64,000 nucleotides of DNA from Candidatus Omnitrophota bacterium. GTDB taxonomy: Bacteria > Omnitrophota > Omnitrophia > Omnitrophales > Aquincolibacteriaceae. The position numbers and the translations under genes were made by a program. The stretch lies in NCBI GenBank assembly GCA_903884815.1, contig CAISGE010000032.1, positions 69,978-133,977 on the forward strand, given 5' to 3'. Positions within the stretch are counted from its first letter, which is position 1, and each line of letters opens with the position of its first letter. The notes beneath the pieces were generated by a model, which worked only from the letters and a program-made list of their open reading frames with translations, ran no database searches and was not told the origin of the DNA. Positions 11,247 through 22,771 of this stretch are shown piece by piece.

Positions 11247-12803
11247 ATGAGGTTCTTCAGGTTAGTTTTCGGGGTCGTTTTAGGAGTTAGTCTCGTGGTC
11301 ACACAGACGGGAAGTGCATTCGCGGATGAGGCGCAGCTTTTGGACCTCGTTAAGGGGCTTCAGAAGCAGATCGAGGCGCAGAGCCAGCGAATCCAACAGC
11401 TGGAGTCACAGGGCGCCGGAGGCGGGAGTATTTCGAATGTGCCTCTCAGCCAGCTTGAGAAAGATGTCGCGCTTCTCAAACGTCAGCAGGAAGTGAACCA
11501 GGAAGTCCAGATCAAGAACGATAAGGACTTCAATAAGAAGGTCGGGGAGTCGCTCGGTGGCGCCGACAAGTGGCTCAAGGACCTTTCCTTTTACGGGGAC
11601 TTGCGTCTCCGCTATGAAGCGATCAAATTCACCAGCGGAGCAAGAGGGGCGGACACGAATGGGAACGATCCGGACAGGAACAGGTTCCGCTTCCGCGTGC
11701 GTTACGGATTTGAAAAGAAGTTCAGCCCCGAATGGAAAGCGGGGTTTGGGCTTGCCGTCAGCGATTCGACGACCAGCAGCAACGGATTGCAAGCGGATCC
11801 TACTTCGGCGAACACGACGTTTACCAACAATTTCGATTACAAGAACATCTGGGTCGATAAAGCGTATGCGGCGTACAGTCCGGATTGGGCGAAGATCGGT
11901 CCCATTTCGAATTTTAGTATCACGGGTGGTAAGACTGACAATCCGTTTGAAAGAGGCTCCAAGCAGCTTATCTGGAAAATGGGGAATGTCAGGCCTGAAG
12001 GTCTTGCTGAAACCGCCGACTTCAATCTCTATGAAGGAGACAATGTTAACCTGAAAGCGTATGGTTTGCTGGGGCAATATGTCCTCCAGGAAAAAGGCGC
12101 CTATCCTACGTTCACCGGCAGCTCACCGACCGGGTCGCAGAGGGATGCGGAGCTTTTTGCCTATCAGGTGGGTATCAACCCTTCTTTTTCAACCGGCCTG
12201 AGCGCGGAGCCTATTGAAGAGTTGTCGACGCTGACCCTCTATAGCTATCCGGGATATGCGGGGAACAGTAACTGGAAGATCAATGGCATAACTGGGACAA
12301 GTCTTGCCAAAGGGAATCCTGTTTCCTCGGATGCCACCGGCCTGGATGCGAGCCATTTTAATGTTCTCAACACTTACCACGAATTTACGGTGAAGGCGTT
12401 TGGCACCCCTGTCACACCGTTCTTTGAATACGCGAAGAATTTAAGTGATAAGTCGACTACCTTCGGCATTCAAGATGCCAGCAACGCTTGGGCGCTTGGG
12501 ATTAATCTCGGAAAGGTCCAGAAGAAGGGGTCTTGGGAAGCCAATTATGCCTATAAAAACATCGGAGCCAACTCTATTGTCGGCGCGTTCGCTGATTCCG
12601 ATTTTGGAGACGGTCGCGGTGCTCCCGGTAATAAGGGGAGCGTCATTGGGCTGGGTTACGGGCTTACCGACTTTTTAAAGCTGAATTTTGCGGGCTATCT
12701 TACGAAGCCGCTTGATCCGGGCTTTAAGAATGGCGTTTCTGGCTCGGAGATCGCGGACAAACGGGTCGCACGCTTTCAGACCGATTTGACCTGGAAGTTC
12801 TAG
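11247..12803 (+). CDS. Putative outer-membrane porin
   Basis: Signal peptide, coiled-coil N-terminus, GDLRLRYE and RNRFRFRVR strands, C-terminal ..DLTWKF (terminal Phe). Confidence 0.85.
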   Translation: MRFFRLVFGVVLGVSLVVTQTGSAFADEAQLLDLVKGLQKQIEAQSQRIQQLESQGAGGGSISNVPLSQLEKDVALLKRQQEVNQEVQIKNDKDFNKKVGESLGGADKWLKDLSFYGDLRLRYEAIKFTSGARGADTNGNDPDRNRFRFRVRYGFEKKFSPEWKAGFGLAVSDSTTSSNGLQADPTSANTTFTNNFDYKNIWVDKAYAAYSPDWAKIGPISNFSITGGKTDNPFERGSKQLIWKMGNVRPEGLAETADFNLYEGDNVNLKAYGLLGQYVLQEKGAYPTFTGSSPTGSQRDAELFAYQVGINPSFSTGLSAEPIEELSTLTLYSYPGYAGNSNWKINGITGTSLAKGNPVSSDATGLDASHFNVLNTYHEFTVKAFGTPVTPFFEYAKNLSDKSTTFGIQDASNAWALGINLGKVQKKGSWEANYAYKNIGANSIVGAFADSDFGDGRGAPGNKGSVIGLGYGLTDFLKLNFAGYLTKPLDPGFKNGVSGSEIADKRVARFQTDLTWKF

Positions 12804-12814
12804 ACTGTGTATCA

Positions 12815-12842
12815 CGAAGGTCACATTTAATTGTGACCTTCG
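12815..12842. repeat. Intergenic palindrome
   Basis: CGAAGGTCACA-N6-TGTGACCTTCG. Confidence 0.7.
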
Positions 12843-12884
12843 GGGTAAATGGAAAAAATATAACAAACGAATCTTAAAAGGAGA

Positions 12885-13904
12885 ATGGTTATGTTGAAAA
12901 AATTGTTCGTAGGGTTATTAATCCTAAGTCTTGTCCCGTTGGCCGGTCTTCCGGCTTTCGCGGCGGAGGGCAAGAAAGTGACACTGCTCAATGTGTCGTA
13001 TGACCCGACGCGTGAGCTTTATGTGAAGATCAACGATGCGTTCGTCAAGAAGTGGAAGGCAGAAAGCGGAGAAGATCTCACGATCCAGCAGTCTCACGGC
13101 GGGTCCGGCAAACAGGCGCGGGCGATCATTGACGGCCTGGAAGCGGACGTTGCGACTCTGGCGCTTGCGTATGATGTGGACCAGCTTTATCAGAAAAAGG
13201 AGCTGATCGGCAAGCATTGGCAGGAGAAATTGCCGGACAATAGCTCGCCTTACACTTCCACAATCGTGTTCCTCGTGAAGAAGGGTAATCCCAAAGGCAT
13301 CAAGGATTGGGATGATATCGTGAAGCCGGGCGTGGAAGTCATCACACCGAATCCAAAAACTTCGGGCGGCGCGCGGTGGAACTATCTCGCGGCGTGGGCG
13401 TATGCGCTGAAGCATAATGGGAATGACGAGGAAAAGGCGAAAGATTTTATCAAGCAGCTCTACAAGAACGTTTCGGTGCTGGATACCGGGGCGCGTGGCT
13501 CGACGACCACTTTCGTCGAGCGCGGGATCGGCGATGTGCTGCTTGCCTGGGAAAATGAGGCTTTCCTGGCCGTCAATGAGCTCGGAAAAGACCGCTTTGA
13601 AATCGTGGTGCCCTCGCTTAGTATTCTAGCGGAGCCGCCGGTGACTGTGGTGGATAAATTCGCGATCAAGCACGGGACCGTCAAGGTCGCGAAGGCCTAT
13701 CTGAATTTCCTCTACTCGCCGGAAGCTCAGGAGATCATCGCCCAGAATTATTACCGGCCGCGGCTCGAAGCTGTCGCGCAGAAATACGCGGCCCAATTCC
13801 CGAAAGTCGAGCTGGTTACGATCAATGATTTCGGCGGATGGGCGGCGGCGCAGAAGAAGCATTTCGCCGACAGAGGGATCTTTGACGAGATCTACGGGGC
13901 GTAG
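12885..13904 (+). CDS. sbp: Sulfate ABC transporter substrate-binding protein
   Basis: [39 protein letters not shown]. Confidence 0.95.
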   Translation: MVMLKKLFVGLLILSLVPLAGLPAFAAEGKKVTLLNVSYDPTRELYVKINDAFVKKWKAESGEDLTIQQSHGGSGKQARAIIDGLEADVATLALAYDVDQLYQKKELIGKHWQEKLPDNSSPYTSTIVFLVKKGNPKGIKDWDDIVKPGVEVITPNPKTSGGARWNYLAAWAYALKHNGNDEEKAKDFIKQLYKNVSVLDTGARGSTTTFVERGIGDVLLAWENEAFLAVNELGKDRFEIVVPSLSILAEPPVTVVDKFAIKHGTVKVAKAYLNFLYSPEAQEIIAQNYYRPRLEAVAQKYAAQFPKVELVTINDFGGWAAAQKKHFADRGIFDEIYGA

Positions 13905-13938
13905 CACCTGTAAAAAAATAAGGATCCGGATGTTCGTC

Positions 13939-13970
13939 AGGGACGGTTCTCTTTCGGGAGAACCGTCCCT
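13939..13970. repeat. Intergenic hairpin after sbp
   Basis: AGGGACGGTTCTC-TTTCGG-GAGAACCGTCCCT, perfect 13-bp stem. Confidence 0.75.
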
Positions 13971-13992
13971 TCCACATCTCCATGAGGAAAAT

Positions 13993-14826
13993 TTGAAATT
14001 TACACTGAAACGATATAGTGCGTTGCCGGGATTCGGGATTACGATGGGCTTTACGCTTTTTTATCTGAGCCTGATCGTGCTCATTCCGCTCTCGACTATT
14101 TTCTTTAGCGCGTTCAGCCTTGGTTGGGGGCATTTCTGGGAGGTTGTGATTTCACCCAGGACACTTGCGGCCTTGCGCCTGAGTTTCGGGACTTCTCTCG
14201 TGAGTGCTTTGATCAACGCTTTCTTCGGCCTGATCGTGGCCTGGGTTCTGGTGCGCTACGAATTTCCTGGAAAGAAGTTTGTTGACGCGTTCGTGGATTT
14301 TCCATTCGCGCTTCCGACCGCGGTGGCGGGGATCGCGCTGACTGCTCTCTATTCCCAGCACGGGTGGGTGGGGAAATATCTTTACGCGCTGGGTATCAAA
14401 AGCGCCTATTCGCCGTTGGGGATCACCATAGCGCTGATCTTTATCGGCCTCCCGTTCGTTGTGCGGACCGTGGAGCCGGTGCTCCAGAATCTGGAGAGTG
14501 AAGTGGAGGAAGCTGCGGCGAGCCTTGGTGCGAATCGCTGGCAGATCTTTTCAAAGGTGATATTGCCGACGATCACTCCGGCGCTTTTGACCGGAACCGC
14601 GATGGCGTTTTCGCGAGCCCTTGGGGAGTACGGGTCGGTGGTTTTTATCGCGGGCAACACACCGATGAAAACGGAGATCGCGCCGCTCCTGATTATGGTG
14701 CAGCTGGAGCAATATGAATATGCCAGCGCGACCGCGATCGCGGGCATCATGCTTGTCGTCTCTTTTATCATGCTTTTATTTTTGAACATCCTGCAGGCTT
14801 GGGGCCGGCAGAACGAGAGCCTTTAA
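13993..14826 (+). CDS. cysT: Sulfate ABC permease CysT
   Basis: [31 protein letters not shown]; TTG start at 13993 inferred from RBS. Confidence 0.92.
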   Translation: MKFTLKRYSALPGFGITMGFTLFYLSLIVLIPLSTIFFSAFSLGWGHFWEVVISPRTLAALRLSFGTSLVSALINAFFGLIVAWVLVRYEFPGKKFVDAFVDFPFALPTAVAGIALTALYSQHGWVGKYLYALGIKSAYSPLGITIALIFIGLPFVVRTVEPVLQNLESEVEEAAASLGANRWQIFSKVILPTITPALLTGTAMAFSRALGEYGSVVFIAGNTPMKTEIAPLLIMVQLEQYEYASATAIAGIMLVVSFIMLLFLNILQAWGRQNESL

Positions 14827-14839
14827 ACGGAAGGTCACT

Positions 14840-15739
14840 ATGTCAGGCATTGTCGGAGGAAAATTAGGAGTGGTAGGCAGAGAGGTGCGCCGGCCTTTCC
14901 TTTCGGAACCGCGATGGGTCCGCATGCTGCTGACCACGGTCGCGCTTGTTTTCTTGGCGTCTTTTCTGGCTCTCCCGATCGCCATGGTGCTGGCGCAAGC
15001 CTTGAAAAAAGGCTTTGCGTTCTATCTTCACGCTCTCTCGGAACCGGACGCCCTGTCGGCGATCCGCCTGACGCTGATCGTGGCGGGCGTGACCGTCCCT
15101 CTGAACCTGCTTTTTGGCGTCGCGGCATCCTGGGCTATCACCAAGTTTGATTTTACGGGAAAGAAATTCCTGATCACACTGATCGATCTTCCGTTCTCTG
15201 TGTCGCCGGTCATCTCGGGCCTCATCTTCGTGCTGCTTTTCGGAGCGCAGGGACGTCTGGGAGAGTGGCTCGGAGACCATAACATCAGGATCATTTTTTC
15301 GGTGCCGGGCATCATCCTCGCGACGGTCTTCGTGACTTTCCCGTTTATCGCCCGCGAACTGATCCCGCTTATGCAGGCGCAGGGGAACGAGGAGGAATAT
15401 GCCGCGGTTACGCTTGGCGCGAATGGGTGGCAGACTTTCTGGAAAGTGACGCTTCCCAATATCAAGTGGGGACTTCTCTACGGCGTGATCCTTTGTAACG
15501 CGCGCGCGATGGGGGAGTTCGGGGCCGTGTCGGTCGTGTCGGGACATATCCGGGGGCTTACGAATACGATTCCGCTTCATGTCGAGATTCTTTACAATGA
15601 GTACAATTTTACCGCGGCTTTCGCGGTGGCATCGATCCTGATGCTTCTCGCGTTCGTGACACTGGCTCTCAAACACTGGGTCGAGTGGCGCGCTGCCAAG
15701 GATGCTGCCTCATCTGAACCGGGAGCTGAAACACCATGA
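14840..15739 (+). CDS. cysW: Sulfate ABC permease CysW
   Basis: [38 protein letters not shown]. Confidence 0.94.
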   Translation: MSGIVGGKLGVVGREVRRPFLSEPRWVRMLLTTVALVFLASFLALPIAMVLAQALKKGFAFYLHALSEPDALSAIRLTLIVAGVTVPLNLLFGVAASWAITKFDFTGKKFLITLIDLPFSVSPVISGLIFVLLFGAQGRLGEWLGDHNIRIIFSVPGIILATVFVTFPFIARELIPLMQAQGNEEEYAAVTLGANGWQTFWKVTLPNIKWGLLYGVILCNARAMGEFGAVSVVSGHIRGLTNTIPLHVEILYNEYNFTAAFAVASILMLLAFVTLALKHWVEWRAAKDAASSEPGAETP

Positions 15740-16800
15740 GCATCGGGATCCACCAAATCGTAAAAAAATTCGGGAATTTTTCAGCACTTAAAGGGATCGA
15801 TCTTAACATCGAAACCGGGGAGCTTTTGGCCTTGCTTGGGCCCTCAGGGTCCGGAAAAACGACGCTGCTCCGGGTTATCGCAGGCCTAGAGGAGGCCACC
15901 AGTGGGCAGGTGTTTTTTCTCGGCGATGACGTGTCGCGCCAGAAGGTGAGCGATCGCGGCGTCGGGTTCGTTTTCCAGCATTTCGCACTTTTCCGGCATA
16001 TGAACGTGCTGGATAACATCGCGTTTGGCCTGCGTGTGCGGCCGCGCGAGCAGAGACCTTCGGAGGAAAAGATCAAGGAGAAGGTCCATGAACTCCTCAA
16101 GTTGGTGCGCCTGGATGGTCTGGCTCCCCGTTTTCCGTCACAGCTTTCTGGAGGACAGCGTCAGCGTGTAGCTCTCGCCCGGGCACTCGCCATCGAACCC
16201 AAAGTTCTTCTGCTGGATGAACCTTTCGGATCGCTCGATTCCAAAGTCCGGAAGGAGCTTCGCCAGTGGCTCCGCCGTCTTCACGATCGGCTCCATATGA
16301 CCACCATCTTTGTGACACATGATCAGGAAGAAGCGCTGGAAGTGGCGGACCGTGTTGTGGTGATGAACGAAGGACGTATTGAACAGGCCGGAACCCCTGA
16401 TGAGGTCTATCACAAGCCGGCGAACGCCTTTGTTTACAATTTCCTGGGGAATGTGAACCTCTTTCATTGCCGGCTTGAGGGCGGCAAGGCCTACATCGCA
16501 AACACTCCCGTCAGTATTAAGGTGGGTGTCAGCCCGGAAGCGCAGAAGGCGAAGATCTATATCCGTCCTCATCTGCTTGAGATCTCGCGGTTCTCCCAGC
16601 CTGATAGCTTTAAAGGAGTTATTCATTTTCTGAATTCGGCGGGTTCGGTGGCGAAAGTCGAGGTTCTAAGCGAATGGGGTGAGATCGTGCAGGTGGAGGT
16701 GCCTCAAGAGCAATTCCGGTCTCTCGGGCTTAAAAAAGGAGAGACGGTTTTTGTGACTTTAAAAGATGCCAAACTATTCCATGAGGACTACGCGATCTGA
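15736..16800 (+). CDS. cysA: Sulfate ABC ATPase CysA
   Basis: [35 protein letters not shown]-like C-terminus; ends EDYAI. Confidence 0.94.
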   Translation: MSIGIHQIVKKFGNFSALKGIDLNIETGELLALLGPSGSGKTTLLRVIAGLEEATSGQVFFLGDDVSRQKVSDRGVGFVFQHFALFRHMNVLDNIAFGLRVRPREQRPSEEKIKEKVHELLKLVRLDGLAPRFPSQLSGGQRQRVALARALAIEPKVLLLDEPFGSLDSKVRKELRQWLRRLHDRLHMTTIFVTHDQEEALEVADRVVVMNEGRIEQAGTPDEVYHKPANAFVYNFLGNVNLFHCRLEGGKAYIANTPVSIKVGVSPEAQKAKIYIRPHLLEISRFSQPDSFKGVIHFLNSAGSVAKVEVLSEWGEIVQVEVPQEQFRSLGLKKGETVFVTLKDAKLFHEDYAI

Positions 16801-17528
16801 TGAAAGACGTTCCAGAAATCAATCAGAGTTTGGGCGGTAAAAGTCCCCAGGAGATCCTTGCGTGGACGCTTGGGCATTTTGGCGCGGAAAAGGTCGCGCT
16901 GGCCTCAAGCCTTGGCGCGGAGGATCAGGTGTTGACGGAGATGCTGCTTGAGATCGAGCCGAAGGCCGTAATCTTCACGCTCGACACCGGCCGTTTGCCT
17001 CAGGAAACGCTCGAATGTCTCAAGAAGACAGAAGAAAAATACGGTTTCAAGTACCGGGTCTATCATCCGGACCCCGCAGCAGTCGCGAAAATGGTGCTGG
17101 AAAAGGGAATCGATCTTTTCTATGAGAGCGTGGAAAATCGAAAGCTTTGCTGCCATGTTCGCAAGGTTGAGCCTCTCCAGCGCGCGCTGAAAGGTTTCAG
17201 CGCCTGGGTCTGCGGACTCCGGCGCGAGCAGTCCGTGACGCGTGAGGGCCTGAACGTCGTTGAATGGGACGCGGCGAACGGTCTTTATAAGATCAATCCG
17301 CTGATCGATTGGACGGAAAAACAGGTTTGGGAAACTATTCGCGCGAAGGGCATCCCTTATAATAGACTGCATGACCAGGGCTACCCGAGCATCGGCTGCG
17401 CCCCTTGTACCCGTGCCGTCAAACCGGGGGAAGACGTTCGTGCCGGCCGCTGGTGGTGGGAAAGTCCGGACAAGAAAGAGTGCGGGTTGCATTTCAAGGA
17501 CGGGAAGACCGTCAGAAAAGAAAAGTGA
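16800..17528 (+). CDS. cysH: APS reductase, Fe-S type CysH
   Basis: LDTG, CC..RK, SIGCAPC, ECGLH. Confidence 0.93.
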   Translation: MKDVPEINQSLGGKSPQEILAWTLGHFGAEKVALASSLGAEDQVLTEMLLEIEPKAVIFTLDTGRLPQETLECLKKTEEKYGFKYRVYHPDPAAVAKMVLEKGIDLFYESVENRKLCCHVRKVEPLQRALKGFSAWVCGLRREQSVTREGLNVVEWDAANGLYKINPLIDWTEKQVWETIRAKGIPYNRLHDQGYPSIGCAPCTRAVKPGEDVRAGRWWWESPDKKECGLHFKDGKTVRKEK

Positions 17529-18409
17529 TGGACACACTTAAAAAACTCGAGGCTCAGAGCATTCACATCCTGCGCGAATCTTACAAGGAATTCAAAAGCC
17601 TTGTGATGCTCTGGTCAATCGGCAAGGACAGCACCGTCCTGCTCTGGCTCGCGCGAAAGGCCTTCTTCGGCCATGTGCCGCTTCCGCTTCTTCACATTGA
17701 TACGCACTTCAAGATCCCGGAGATGATCGCCTATCGCGACAAGCTTGCCGCGGATTGGCATCTCAATCTCGTTTACGGGGAGAATGCGGCGGCGCTCGCG
17801 GCGAAGCAGACCTTTCCGGATGGGAAGGTGGATCGACTGACCTGCTGCAAATCGCTCAAGAGCGAAGCGCTCAAACATACGCTTTCCGGGGAATGGCCGC
17901 GCTACGCGTTCGATCACAAACTCGGGTCTTATGTTCAGGAAAAGAATCCGCAGCCCTATACCGGCGTGATCGTCGGCGTGCGCGCGGACGAGGAAGGGAG
18001 CCGCTCCAAGGAACGCTACTTTTCGCCGAGGGACAAACAAAATGACTGGAATATCGGCGATCAACCGCCCGAACTCTGGCATCAGTATAAAACCGATTTC
18101 GCGCCCGGGACCCATGTGCGTGTCCATCCGCTTCTGGATTGGACGGAACTGAATATCTGGGAATATATTGACCGGGAGCAGATCCCGATCCTCCCGCTTT
18201 ATTTCAACAATGGGAAGGGGCTGCGCTACCGGTCGCTCGGCTGCTATCCCTGCACCGGTGCCGTGAAATCGGAGGCGCGGAACGTGAAAGAAATTATTGA
18301 GGAGCTTCGGACCGGAAAGTTCTCGAATATCGCGGAGCGCTCCGGCCGGGCGCAGGACAAAGAAGACGGTGGCGGGCTTGAGACTTTAAGACGCGAAGGG
18401 TATATGTAA
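17528..18409 (+). CDS. cysD: Sulfate adenylyltransferase subunit 2
   Basis: WSIGKDS, RADEE.SR.KER, RVHPL, YRSLGC, ERSGR.QD. Confidence 0.94.
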   Translation: MDTLKKLEAQSIHILRESYKEFKSLVMLWSIGKDSTVLLWLARKAFFGHVPLPLLHIDTHFKIPEMIAYRDKLAADWHLNLVYGENAAALAAKQTFPDGKVDRLTCCKSLKSEALKHTLSGEWPRYAFDHKLGSYVQEKNPQPYTGVIVGVRADEEGSRSKERYFSPRDKQNDWNIGDQPPELWHQYKTDFAPGTHVRVHPLLDWTELNIWEYIDREQIPILPLYFNNGKGLRYRSLGCYPCTGAVKSEARNVKEIIEELRTGKFSNIAERSGRAQDKEDGGGLETLRREGYM

Positions 18410-18464
18410 CCATTTTTAACCGCGTAGGTTGAAAGGGTTATGTTGCATTCCAGGACACACTAAG

Positions 18465-18490
18465 GTAGGTCATGTTAAAACGTGACCTAC
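18465..18490. repeat. GTAG-headed REP-like palindrome
   Basis: GTAGGTCATGTT-AA-AACGTGACCTAC. Confidence 0.65.
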
Positions 18491-18512
18491 AGCTTATGAT
18501 CGGAGCAAGGTA

Positions 18513-20294
18513 ATGGACCGAATGAACATTGTGATCGTCGGGCACGTGGACCACGGGAAAAGCACGGTCATCGGCCGACTTTTGGCGGACACGGGATCTC
18601 TGCCGGACGGAAAACTCGAACAAGTGAAGGCGACTTGCGCGAAAAACGCCAAGCCCTTCGAATACGCGTTCCTGCTGGACGCCCTCAAAGACGAACAGTC
18701 GCAGGGGATCACGATCGACGCCGCGCGCTGCTTCTTTCACACGAAAAAGCGTGAATATATTGTGATCGACGCGCCGGGCCATATCGAATTCTTGAAGAAC
18801 ATGATCACCGGCGCGGCCCGGGCCGAAGCGGCGCTCCTCGTGATCGACGCGAAGGAAGGCATTCTCGAAAATTCCAAGCGGCACGGCTATCTTCTCTCCA
18901 TGCTCGGGATCCGGCAGGTGGCGGTGCTCGTCAATAAAATGGATCTGGTCGGTTACAGCGAAGAGACTTTCCGCGCGATCGAGAAGGAGTACGGGGATTT
19001 TCTGAAAGGTTTTAATGTCAAACCGGATGCCTTTATCCCGATGAGCGCCATGAACGGCGTCAACATGATCGCGCGCTCTTCCGAGATGCCGTGGTACAGG
19101 GGTCTGACCGTGCTCGAACAGCTCGATACCTTCCAACATGAAAGCTCGAGTGAAGCCTATCCCTTCCGTTTTCCGGTCCAGGATATCTACAAATTCACGG
19201 AGCAGGACGATGACCGACGCATTTTGGCCGGGACGGTGTACACGGGGAAGATCAAAGCCGGCGAGGAAGTGATTTTCCTTCCTTCGAAGAAGCGGACGCG
19301 TATCAAGGCGATCGAAGAATTCAACACGCCGCCGAAACAAGAGGCCGCGGCCGGCGAAGCGATCGGTTTTACGACCGAGACCCAACTTTATATCAAGCCG
19401 GGGGAGCTCATGGTCAAGGCCGGAGATCCCTTGCCGGCGGTGAGCACGCGCTTTAAGGCCACGCTTTTCTGGATGGGACATGATCCGCTCGTCAAAGGGA
19501 AAAAATACAAATTGAAGCTCGGCGCGGCGCGTGTGAGCCTGCGCCTCGTGGAAGTCTTGAGCGTTCTGGATACCTCGGAACAGACCCTGAGCTCCCGCAA
19601 GGAGCAGGTGGATCGGCATGATGTTGCCGAGTGCGTTTTTGAAACTTCGAAGCCGGTGGCGTTCGACAAGGCCGCGGATCTTCCTGAGACCGGCCGCTTT
19701 GTGATCGTGGACCATTATGAGATCGCGGGGGCGGGGATCATTCTCGAGGCGTTCGCCGAGGACCGGTCGATTTTGCGGGAGCATGTCGCGAGGCGGGAAC
19801 AAATTTGGGAACGGAGCGCGATCGACGCGGGGAAACGGGCCGCCACTTACGGGCACCGTCCGGGATTTATCCTGATCGTCGGCAAAGTTCATACCGGCAA
19901 GCAAATGATCGCGAAGACCCTCGAAGAGCGGCTGGTCCAGAAAGGCCTTAAGGCTTTCTATCTCGGCATTTCGAATCTGATCTCGGGGATCGGTTCCGAG
20001 CTTCCGACCGGAGGGGAGTCGCAGGAAGAAGTGGTGCGGCAGCTTGGCGAACTCGGGCGCATCATCACGGAATCCGGCCAGATTTTCATCACCACGGCCT
20101 CGGATCTGGATGATGCCGATATTGAGACCCTGCGTATTCTGAATACTCCCAACGAGATCCTGGTGCTGAATGTCGGTGAAAGCCAGCTGGACCGCGTGAA
20201 GCCGGACCTGCGGTTTGAGCCATGGTCCGAGGTGGAGGAGGCCATCGGGCGGATCTTTTCTTGGCTCAAGCAAAAACGGATCATTCCGTCTTGA
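18513..20294 (+). CDS. cysN: Sulfate adenylyltransferase subunit 1 with degenerate C-terminal APS-kinase-like domain
   Basis: [24 protein letters not shown]. The C-terminal domain has GKVHTGKQ in place of the P-loop. Confidence 0.92.
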   Translation: MDRMNIVIVGHVDHGKSTVIGRLLADTGSLPDGKLEQVKATCAKNAKPFEYAFLLDALKDEQSQGITIDAARCFFHTKKREYIVIDAPGHIEFLKNMITGAARAEAALLVIDAKEGILENSKRHGYLLSMLGIRQVAVLVNKMDLVGYSEETFRAIEKEYGDFLKGFNVKPDAFIPMSAMNGVNMIARSSEMPWYRGLTVLEQLDTFQHESSSEAYPFRFPVQDIYKFTEQDDDRRILAGTVYTGKIKAGEEVIFLPSKKRTRIKAIEEFNTPPKQEAAAGEAIGFTTETQLYIKPGELMVKAGDPLPAVSTRFKATLFWMGHDPLVKGKKYKLKLGAARVSLRLVEVLSVLDTSEQTLSSRKEQVDRHDVAECVFETSKPVAFDKAADLPETGRFVIVDHYEIAGAGIILEAFAEDRSILREHVARREQIWERSAIDAGKRAATYGHRPGFILIVGKVHTGKQMIAKTLEERLVQKGLKAFYLGISNLISGIGSELPTGGESQEEVVRQLGELGRIITESGQIFITTASDLDDADIETLRILNTPNEILVLNVGESQLDRVKPDLRFEPWSEVEEAIGRIFSWLKQKRIIPS

Positions 20295-21037
20295 GTTCCG
20301 GAAAAAAAACGGGGAAGGTTTCTCTGGTCGGTGCGGGGCCGGGCGATCCGGGACTTATCACGGTGAAGGGACTCGATCGTCTCCGGAAAGCGGACGTGAT
20401 CCTCTACGATCATCTGATCCCCAAAGTCCTTCTTGAAGAGGCGCCTCCAGCCGCGGAGAGCATCTCGGTCGGGAAGAAACACGGGAACCATTCTCTTTCC
20501 CAGGAAAAGATCCAGGAACTTATGCTGGAGAAAGCGCGCAAAGGAAAATGCGTGGTCCGGCTGAAGGGCGGGGATCCGTACATTTTTGGGCGCGGCGGGG
20601 AAGAGATCCTTTTTCTCAAAAGTCACGGGATCGAGACCGAAGTGGTGCCGGGGGTGAGTTCGGCGGTCGCGGTGCCGGCGATGGCGGGGATCCCGCTCAC
20701 GCAGCGGCATCTCGCGATGACCGTTGCGATCGCCTCGGGCCACGTGACGAATGACAATGATCCTATCCCGGTGCCGGACGCGGAGACGCTGGTCTATGTG
20801 ATGTGCGTCTCGGATCTCGGGAAAACCGTGGCGCGGCTTCTGGAAAAACGAAAACGAGGGACGCCGTGCGCTGTTATTGAGAACGGGACCACGCCGCAGG
20901 AGCGGGTGATCACGGGAACGCTTGAGACGATACTCGCGAAGGCGCGCACGGAGAAGGTTCGTCCGCCGGCGATTTTTGTGGTGGGCCCCACCGTCGCGCT
21001 TCGGGAGAAGATCCTCGGGATCGCGGACTTAAAGTAG
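20291..21037 (+). CDS. cobA: Uroporphyrinogen-III C-methyltransferase
   Basis: [41 protein letters not shown]; TTG start overlaps the cysN stop. Confidence 0.93.
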   Translation: MSSGKKTGKVSLVGAGPGDPGLITVKGLDRLRKADVILYDHLIPKVLLEEAPPAAESISVGKKHGNHSLSQEKIQELMLEKARKGKCVVRLKGGDPYIFGRGGEEILFLKSHGIETEVVPGVSSAVAVPAMAGIPLTQRHLAMTVAIASGHVTNDNDPIPVPDAETLVYVMCVSDLGKTVARLLEKRKRGTPCAVIENGTTPQERVITGTLETILAKARTEKVRPPAIFVVGPTVALREKILGIADLK

Positions 21038-21087
21038 AGCCATTTCAAAACGGATGTTATAATTCCGTCCCCTTAAAGAAAGGTTTT

Positions 21088-22767
21088 ATGCCGGCAAAAG
21101 AAGAACTGACCCAGGTCGAGAAAGACAAACTGCATTTTGGCTTCGATTTTGATTTCCGGGAGATCGCGCGCCGTCCCGCGGAATCCTTCACGCCGAACGA
21201 GCTCGCCATGTTCAAGTGGACAGGGATCTACCAGCAACTTCAAAAAGGGTTTTTCATGATCCGCCTGCGTATGCCGGGTGGGCTTTTTACTTCCAAACAG
21301 CTGGTGCGCGCGGCCGAAGTCGCGGAAAAGTACGCGCAAAACGAGCTTTGCATCACGACGCGCCAATGCCTGCAGTATCACTGGGTGCGTCGCGAAGATC
21401 TCTACAAGGTCATTGAAGAAATGAAAGAGGTTGGCATCCTAACGAAGAACGCCTGTGGCGATGTGACGCGCAACGTCGTGTCCTGTCCTCTCGTCGGCGT
21501 CTGTCCCCATGAAGAAGCGGACACCTTCCAGATGCTGCGCGCGATCGCGGATCATCCCGAGCTTTTGGATGAGCAGCGGAATCTTTCCCGGAAGCATAAG
21601 ATCAGCGTCGCGGGCTGCGGTCGCGCCTGCGCCCAGACACTCATGAACTGCCAGGGCTGGTATCCGGTCACGAAGAGCGGGATTGTGGGCTGGAAATTTC
21701 ACGCGGGCGGCGGGCTTGGCTCGAAACCGTATATCGCGAAGGCGATCTTTGAATGGGTCCCGGCGGAGCTGGTCGTGGATGTCGCGCGCGCTTCCACGGA
21801 AGTTTATCGACGGCTTGGCAACCGCCGGGTCCGAGCCCTGGCCCGGCTTAAGATCGTCGTGGACAGTCTCGGCGCGCAAGGGTACGCGGAGAAAGTTCTG
21901 GAAGTTTTGAAGGAACGGAATGTCCAGGGGATCGAGAAGATCGTGGTCGGCGATCACACGGTAGATGTTGGCGAGAGTTTTCTTGACGGGCAGCCGGTGA
22001 TCGAGCAAAAGACGAAAGGACTTTTTGTCGTCCGTGCCATCATTAAGCGGAGTGAGTTGAGCGGGCAGGAGGCCCGGCGCTTCGCGGCATGGGCCGAACA
22101 ATTCGGCGACGGGACGCTTGTTTTTACGAACAGGCAGAATCTTCTTTTCCGGTCTGTTCCGGCGGCCAAGGTCCCAGCGCTTTCCGCCCTGCTCAAGAAG
22201 GAAGGTTACATTACGGAAGGTTTTGAGCATGTCCCCGATATTGTTGCCTGTGTTGGGACGACGGTTTGCAATCTCGCGGTCGCGGACGTGCCGAACACCT
22301 ACAAGAGTATGATGAAGGACCTGGCTCTGGATGAGGCGTGGTGGCGTAAGGTCGGTCCCGTTCGCATCAACATGAACGGCTGTCCGAATTCCTGCGCGCA
22401 ACACGCGATCGCGGACATCGGCCTGCGTGGACTCCGCAAGCGCACGGAGCGCGGTTCGGAAGAAGGCTACAGCGTTTTTATCGGGGGGTCGCTTGCGGGC
22501 GCCGGGCATGTGGCGGAACCGGTTTGTGATGTGACCGCGCCGTATGTGGTGCCGCTCCTCAAAAAGATGCTGGATATTTATGTGAAGGAACGCCGCTCGG
22601 CCGCAGAGACGTTTGCCGCCTTCTCCAAGAGGATCACCGCCTCCGGGATGAAAGCTCTCCTCGGGGACATTCCGTTCGGTACAGATCCGGTGGGCGAGCG
22701 AAATCAGGATTATGATGCTCTCTATAAAGACTCTGTGATCGCCGCACAAAAGAAAGTCTCTCAATAA
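21088..22767 (+). CDS. sir: Siroheme-containing ferredoxin-type sulfite (or nitrite) reductase
   Basis: FM.RLR.PGG, TTRQ..Q, CGDVTRN, ACVG...C and NGCPNSC; located in the cys operon. Confidence 0.88.
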   Translation: MPAKEELTQVEKDKLHFGFDFDFREIARRPAESFTPNELAMFKWTGIYQQLQKGFFMIRLRMPGGLFTSKQLVRAAEVAEKYAQNELCITTRQCLQYHWVRREDLYKVIEEMKEVGILTKNACGDVTRNVVSCPLVGVCPHEEADTFQMLRAIADHPELLDEQRNLSRKHKISVAGCGRACAQTLMNCQGWYPVTKSGIVGWKFHAGGGLGSKPYIAKAIFEWVPAELVVDVARASTEVYRRLGNRRVRALARLKIVVDSLGAQGYAEKVLEVLKERNVQGIEKIVVGDHTVDVGESFLDGQPVIEQKTKGLFVVRAIIKRSELSGQEARRFAAWAEQFGDGTLVFTNRQNLLFRSVPAAKVPALSALLKKEGYITEGFEHVPDIVACVGTTVCNLAVADVPNTYKSMMKDLALDEAWWRKVGPVRINMNGCPNSCAQHAIADIGLRGLRKRTERGSEEGYSVFIGGSLAGAGHVAEPVCDVTAPYVVPLLKKMLDIYVKERRSAAETFAAFSKRITASGMKALLGDIPFGTDPVGERNQDYDALYKDSVIAAQKKVSQ

Positions 22768-22771
22768 ATCT

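Noticed and set aside
18438-20273. 611-aa minus-strand ORF and other long antisense ORFs (e.g. 21439-22764, 36348-37517, 6657-7613)
   Set aside because: They are shadows of well-supported plus-strand genes in GC-rich DNA and have no recognisable motifs.
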